A DNA stretch of 64,000 nt from Chrysomallon squamiferum (Eukaryota > Animalia > Mollusca), in NCBI GenBank assembly GCA_012295275.1, contig CM022679.1:4836001-4900000 (forward strand), read 5' to 3'. The position numbers and the translations under genes are program-made. Below are positions 57,001-64,000 of the stretch, piece by piece. Every line of letters starts with the position of its first letter. Positions within the stretch are counted from its first letter, which is position 1. The notes below the pieces were generated by a model. It did not search any database. It was given only the letters and a program-made list of their open reading frames with translations, and was not told where the DNA came from.

Positions 57001-57237
57001 GACTGGTTTAAAAATCAAATTCTCACATACTGGTTAATTCCCAGTCCAAACTGTCCTCCAGAAAAAAAAATGATTCTATAAAGGATATGGTAAATACTAT
57101 GCCTGAGAATAGTGCACATATATCTTCTTATCTTGGTGCATATTTTACTACATTGTGAAAAATAAATATATTTTGAAGTACACGTGATTATTATTAGCAC
57201 ATAAAACAGAAAGATTGAGTAAATCAGTCTGCTAAGA

Positions 57238-57273
<36 letters not shown>

Positions 57274-59207
57274 TTAGAGTAAATCATGATAATTATTACC
57301 AGCTATAGAACAGAACAGAAAACAGTGGCTGACTTATCAAAGTGTTGCCGTACTTTATTATTAGTAAAGATTAAGATCGTTGAATGTGAGCAATATAATC
57401 ATACCACAGCAGGAATACATTAATGAAAAGTATATGAAACTCTGTTAATGTAAAAGTAATGTAAAACAGATGTGTTTAATGTATCATTCTCTGTGACTGA
57501 CACTTGACAAATAAATAAATTAATTTAAGGAAGTGTGTAAACCATTTAAAAATACACATAATAATAATAATATAGTATGTTAATTTGCTCTCACACCCAG
57601 ATGTTTTTATTATAATACTGAAAGCTAACAGTAAGTATTAGATTACAATTTTTATTCACCACTGCAGATAAACACTAAATGAAAAAAAAATAATAAAAAA
57701 ATACAAACAAAGAAAAGCCCTTATCATTTCAAAATATATATATAATTTTTTTTTTTCTTCTAAGTGGTTTCAAGATATGTATTAATTAATCATACATATG
57801 GATTTTAGAAACCAGTTTTTTTTTTTCGAAGTAGTTTCAAGATATGTATTGATTAATCTTACACACATGTAGGTGCAGTGTATGCATAAGGATACATTAC
57901 TGGCTTAGACACTTGAAAGTAAATTTAATATTGAAAGGACCACTTAAGACAGTTGAATGTGTTCAGTTTTTCTAAGCAACGGTTGATAGAGTAAATACCT
58001 AACAGAAGCTTAAAATCCAATCATATTTTATTTTATTTGTTTTTATTAATGTTATTTGTGAAAGAAATTTAAATTGGAAGAATTAAGAATACTTACAGAA
58101 AAAGTTTAAATAAAAAAATAATAATAATAATAATTTTTTTTTAAAGAAAACATAAAAAAAAAAACCCTGATAAATCACTTTCCTAGTTGAATTAAAACAC
58201 TTCAGTGTAAATCATGTCTAGAGTTCAGCACAATGTCAAATGTTGGGATTACAAATAATCAAATCTGAGGTGAAATTTAGGTGTTTGCAATTTATCACAC
58301 CATTTAGACAAAGTAAACAAAACAGAGTGCTTCACATTTCTACAGCTCTCTTAAGTGTTCTGTGGACACATTTAAAACAAATAAAAAATATCCCTTTAAT
58401 GTTATTTTTTAAAAATATTTAAATATTTTGTGTAAGCATTCTTCACAATTTGCCCTGGCATGAAAGCACGTACAAAGGTTGCCTTCCATACTTGTCTTGG
58501 TACCTCAAACTTTGGATGATTACCACATCAATAAAACCCCTGGCTATTTAACATAATATTTCTTAAGTGTTTTTTAAATGTTTTCAGTTATCACACAAAT
58601 AATTCTTGACTACACAAGGTATGATGACTATGTTGCACAATGACAGGATAATTCTAGAAATGAGGCCGGTATTATGTTAATTATGTATTTCTAAACTTAA
58701 CTTTTAAAGCTGAAATGCCATAGCAAGAGACAATTGAAAAATGCAAAGAGTAAGAGCTTAGTATGGCAGCTGCCAAATGTGCAAATATATTAAGTTTTTG
58801 TTTAGGTAAGAGTGATTCAAATAAATCAAGTTGAGTTAAGTGCCTAACATATTTGATTTAAGTTAAGATTTGCCATTCTCTACAAAATTTATATATAATG
58901 CGTGTGTGTGTGTGTGTGTGCATATTTATGTATGTACATAGATATATAATTTAGTGATTAAAACAAATAAAACTGAATTAATAATAATTTTTTTGAATTC
59001 CATGAGTAATTTTATTTTATTTTTGTTCATGCACCTGTTATCCGTAAACCTAAACATCAGTGTTTAAAAATTTCATATTAATATGAAAATATTTTTACTA
59101 TATTACTCATGCATTTAGCATGTTATCAGTCTGCTGATATACAAATATGTGTATGTATGTATGTATGTATTTATGTATTTATGTACATATATATATATAT
59201 ACATGTA

Positions 59208-59258
<51 letters not shown>

Positions 59259-62200
59259 ATAAGAATAATAGAAAAAGAAGAAGAAAAGACAATAAGAAAG
59301 AAAAATAAATGCTTATCTCGGTATTTGTTCATAATTTCATTTGGTATTGTGTATGGCAGTATATTGCATAAATGTTGAGCATTCTTAAGGTGTGGTATGT
59401 AGCATGAAGTTTAGATGACCTTTTTTACTGACATGAATTAGACAATTAGGAGTAATAAATAAAAACAAAAATAATAATAAAAATAAAAGAAACAGTTTTC
59501 TGGTGACTCAGGTTATACAGACATTTTGTTGTAACTGTAATTTTAATTTCTCAACACAGTAACCAATTTCCATACATAAATTAGTGACTTACAACCTTAT
59601 AATCTAAAACATGCTTATCAAGATAAAAAAAAAAGAGTTAAATTCATTATTATGGAAGGAAATGGTAAAGAATATTTCCTATTCATTTTCTTACAATAAG
59701 AAGAGAAACAATGTTATTTTTAAAAATATTCTCAAAATGTTATTTGTTTTCAATCTATAGTTGATTATAATTATGATATAATATCCTATGAGGACAAATA
59801 TCTGTTACCAGAAATAATAAATCAATTGAAGGTAGAATTTTACCATCTTTTCTTTTCATCAAAAGGTACTTAATAGAAATAAAAGAAAGAAATAAGAAAG
59901 TTTTCAGCAAAAATTCTTATTTGAGAACTACAAAACAAGGTAATCATTTTTGATACTGTTAATGTTTCATAAATTATGTCAAATAAATTTGAAAATTTTA
60001 CCAGAAATGTTTTTTGTTGTTGTTTTAAGGGTTGAAAATACTTGAATATGTGAATTGTATTTTATTTTAAAAGAAACTTTAAAGCCAGTAAACTAGTGAT
60101 GGGAAACAATAAAATAAAATAAAACCCACAAAAACAAATTATATTTCACATTTGTATATTCATAACTTTCTCAAGTAGATGAATAAAATAAATTAGTTTA
60201 TAAAATATTGGGTTGGAACAAATGTTTGAAGCCTTTTTTCAGTAGTTGGCATTTGAGCAAGTGATTTCATTTCCCATGTAACTAAAATATGTAACATATA
60301 GGTAACATACATATTCCGATGGGTGAACAAAATGGCACATACAAACATCTACAAGACTACATACTGAATTTCACTACTGTATTTTATTTTATGGCTTAAT
60401 AAAATCAAAAGTAACTGAAGTTACGAAATTTCACATAACATTCTTTCCAAAAAGGCAACGTGGCTATGACAGTGTGTATATTTTGAATATGTATCCATCA
60501 TGTATTACACAGTGTACGATAATAATTAAATATAAACCTGAATTATAACAATTTTATCACCTGTAAACCTGCAGATAGAAAGATTTCTTTTCTGAAATGC
60601 TGGTGACTGATAATGTTTCAGATTTCAGAATTGTAAACAAGTGATTTTCAACCAGTACTGCAGATTACATTACTTTATGTATATGCATAATTTATTACTG
60701 CAAACTATTTATTAAATTTGTAAATTAAAAATTATAATATAACCAAAAACAAAATAATAGGAAGAAATACAACAATAAAAAAAAAATTAAAAAAATAAAA
60801 TTAAAATAAATCTGAAAATTGAAATTGAAAACAGCATTTCCTTTGTGTTTTAATTCCTATTTTTGTGAATAACACTATGGGTAACATTATATGATTATAA
60901 AAGCAATAAATATGAAAAAAATTTTTTTTTTTAAATTTTTTTAAAAGAGAAAAATGTTTATGTTGTTTTCTTGTCATAATAAAACCTGAAATATCTGAAA
61001 TAAAATACATAATTATAAGCTGCATTAAACACATAACAAAACAATTTCATACTTATAAAGATGACAGTTGTGTGTCTGCTTTCTTAAAGCGAAAAATTAC
61101 CTTGATCAGGGCTGGCAAACCTTTGGCACATACAAACAACAGTAACAAAGTTGGTGACACTCAAAATAATTTTTTTGTATTAAATATTTAACAAATAAAA
61201 TATAAATACAAAAGTTGTATTTAAATATCTACTACTCAAAATTAGAACTGATCTTCGAGAAAATGATTTGCTATATGTGAACCTAAATTTAAAGAGACTT
61301 CACATCCTGACATAGATGAACCAAAATTCTGAATCGGATTGAAATATGAGATAATATTATGACACACTGTATATTTGAATGAATTCTTTTCACTAGTTAG
61401 TTTAATTTTGTTGACAGGTAATCTTGCAGGTCTAGCCCTTGTTAGCAGATTTTACTAAATGTATTGCTATGATTTAATTGTTGTTTTGTTTTATTGCTGG
61501 AGGAAGTATAGGAAGGTGAAAATAAACCCACTTATGCTTGTCAAACTAACCAATTTTTCCAACAACCAGTAAAAGTGCCACACTGGAAGTAAGCATGTGT
61601 TTTTATGTGTTGTTATCCTCAGTGATTTTCATGTACATGTTATTTGTTACTTACTTACTTATCATGTATTATGTGTATTATTTTACCAAGTAAATTTCAA
61701 TTTGATTCAGTTACCAGTATACATGCCTAAAATTTCCTCTTAATTAAAACAAGTGTAGTGTGTGATGTAGAGATCTATTTACAGATAATTAGCTTTTTTC
61801 TTTCTGTTCAGTTTTGTCTATAAAACAAAATAAATACATAAATTGTAATGTAATAAATAATAGGCATGTAGTTTGTGTTTTTATACAATTTTATGATAAA
61901 AAAATCTGGATTAGCAATAACACACAAAATCATAGTAAAATATTGAGTGACATCTTTGCTAACAAGGGGATTACTGTAACTGGTTTTCATTCAAAGACAA
62001 ACTCAAATTATTATTTGACAATTTTATGAAATGCTGAAACAAATGCTGTCATTATCAATTGGCATCAAAATTAAAGCATCAGAATATTTCAAAATTACTT
62101 TTTACTTTCAAATAACACACTCCTGAGAATATACAAACTTGTAAGGATATATAAACTATATTAGAAATTTAATTAGCAAGCACTGTGTAGGATTAGTGTG

Positions 62201-62279
62201 TTGGAGAGATATGTTGTAAGAAAGAAAGTTAAATGATGTCTTATTAATACTTCTAAACTTTCTAAAAATATTTGCTTAC

Positions 62280-62323
62280 ACTTCAAGGGGAACTTGCCGC
62301 ATTGTGTATCTGCTGGTCATCAT
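62280..62323 (-). CDS. FAM149B1: FAM149 exon 1a (canonical start): MMTSRYTMRQVPLE(V)
   Basis: ATG is preceded by an in-frame TAA; donor GAAGT|GTAAGC is phase 2 and joins exon 2 to give ...PLEVRGLSR, resembling human MISRYTRKAVPQSLELKG. Confidence 0.88.
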
Positions 62324-62765
62324 TTAACTGGATCTGTTTTTTCCATCAGGAAAATCTGTATTTTCATCAGTTAGTGTACGTTTAACAAACTGCCACTCAT
62401 CAAAAATAATTCGTATGAATTAAAAACTGTCTGTTATCACTTAATCGTGCTGTGACTAAGATGAAATATTTTGTCAACAAGTCGGCATGTCGGGGATTTC
62501 ATTCATGCATGGATATAAATTTGTACAACTAAAATAATGTCTGTCAATGTTCATAGAATTTCGATTAATGCAGTGTAGGTATATGCATTAACCGCAGATA
62601 CCTGACCTTACAGTACGTTCACTGAGCACTTTCAGTTTAATAGTCACTCAAATATATCAATGCAAACAAACATGGAGGAAAAGTTCCAATCCCACAATGC
62701 AGCAAGTTGACCCAATACGAGTGCGCACTGACAACCTCTAACTGACCCGGTTCCAAAGTAGGACA

Positions 62766-62778
62766 GTTGCTTGGAAAC
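62766..62778. promoter_or_regulatory. RFX X-box-like element GTTGCTTGGAAAC (rev. comp. GTTTCCAAGCAAC) in the putative promoter
   Basis: 13-bp imperfect palindrome ~440 bp upstream of the exon-1a ATG in a CpG-richer block (62400-62900); the nematode homolog xbx-4 is an X-box-regulated gene. Confidence 0.6.
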
Positions 62779-62942
62779 ATATAAACAGTGATCGATCGCT
62801 TTAAAATTCAGCTATTTAAATACAATTACGTTTTAGATCAAGCATTTTCACTTAAAAGTGAAACCATGCAAAATTGGGTGACGCCGCGAGAGAATATTTT
62901 ATGCGTCTTTTGTTAACGTGAATCAGCAAGATTAAAATATAG

Positions 62943-62944
<2 letters not shown>

Positions 62945-62992
<48 letters not shown>
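62945..62992. repeat. (GT)n microsatellite
   Basis: Direct reading. Confidence 0.95.
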
Positions 62993-62994
<2 letters not shown>

Positions 62995-63437
62995 CAATAA
63001 TATTAATAATCCACAAACTAAAAAATAAAAACACTCAAAATTTTTCCTTTCTGTCATTTAAAAATATATAATCGTAAAACTGACACATGCGTTTATTTAA
63101 TTCTATTATTTCGCTTTTATTATAACTCGTCTATAGTTATTAACAGGTTTACGATGCGCATAAAACCCGAGACAGATGTTTATGAAAATGATAACCACCC
63201 CTCTACAATAAACAACAACAAAAAAAACAACAACAAAAAAACTTACTGCATGTTAACAAGGAAATTATGAGTGTTTGTATTCATAATTCACCTAGTGATA
63301 TCATGTCAGGTTATAAGTTAAATCTTGTGCTGCATATTGTAATTTTTATTTTACATTGTATTTATTTACTGCTTTCTATGAATATGAAAACATACGCACA
63401 TACACACACAGACAGATACATATTTTAAACCATAAAG

Positions 63438-63532
63438 TTTATTTATTTAATTTAATTTAATTTAATTTAATTTAATTTAATTTAATTTAATTTTATTTTA
63501 TTTTATTTATCTTTTATTTTATTTTATTTTAT
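63438..63532. repeat. (TTTAA)n/(TTTTA)n pentanucleotide repeat
   Basis: Direct reading. Confidence 0.9.
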
Positions 63533-64000
63533 TTATATATACTTTTAACAGTTATATTTATATTTATTATTATTTTAATGGGAAAACAAAGCTGGCAGAC
63601 CCATGTTATAACATAAAACAGTTAACGATGTTCGTCACTTATCTTGATAATGATATTTCATTTGAATTCAGTTTCTAATATGTAATTAATTGTTAATGAC
63701 TTAAAAATGACGACAATAAATAAAATTCCTTTTGAGGAAATAAACTGGAATATGTATATTACTTTTTAATGACCCTAAATGAACAAAACAAAACATTGAT
63801 AATATAACTGTATAAAAAATATAATACACATGAACTTTAGTACATTTCTGCAATTTATTTGGTTTATTTATTTATTTATTTATTTATTTAGTTAGTTAGT
63901 TAGTTAGTTGGTTAGTCCGTTCGTTCATTAGTTAGTTACTTAATTAGTTAATTAGTTGGTTGGTTACTAATATACTTATTTAATGCTTGACATTTTATAT

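Noticed and set aside
61107-61126. hAT-like terminal sequence CAGGGCTGGCAAACCTTTGG
   Set aside because: No matching inverted end or target-site duplication found.

Overview
This is AT-rich, microsatellite-laden eukaryotic (metazoan invertebrate, probably molluscan - inference) genomic DNA, not prokaryotic. Almost the whole window is one minus-strand, intron-rich gene encoding a FAM149 family protein (FAM149B1 / C. elegans xbx-4-like ciliary protein, DUF3719). I reconstructed 16 coding exons by hand (62323->341). All have GT-AG boundaries and consistent phases and give a 588-aa ORF that begins MMTSRYTMRQVPLEVRGLSRTPLGDHPPP, resembling the human FAM149B1 N-terminus as I recall it. The ~39-kb first intron holds two further candidate first exons in the same phase (54081-53954, 41423-41356), several RFX X-box-like and CCAAT motifs, minisatellites and decayed transposon fragments. 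Other points of interest are a possible internal start exon overlapping an X-box, a CAGCAGCAG tandem acceptor, three intronic copies of an exon's acceptor end, candidate micro-exons and a possible alternative last exon. Most ORFs in the supplied track are microsatellite artefacts. I found no convincing new biological system; the best leads are isoform and regulatory architecture.
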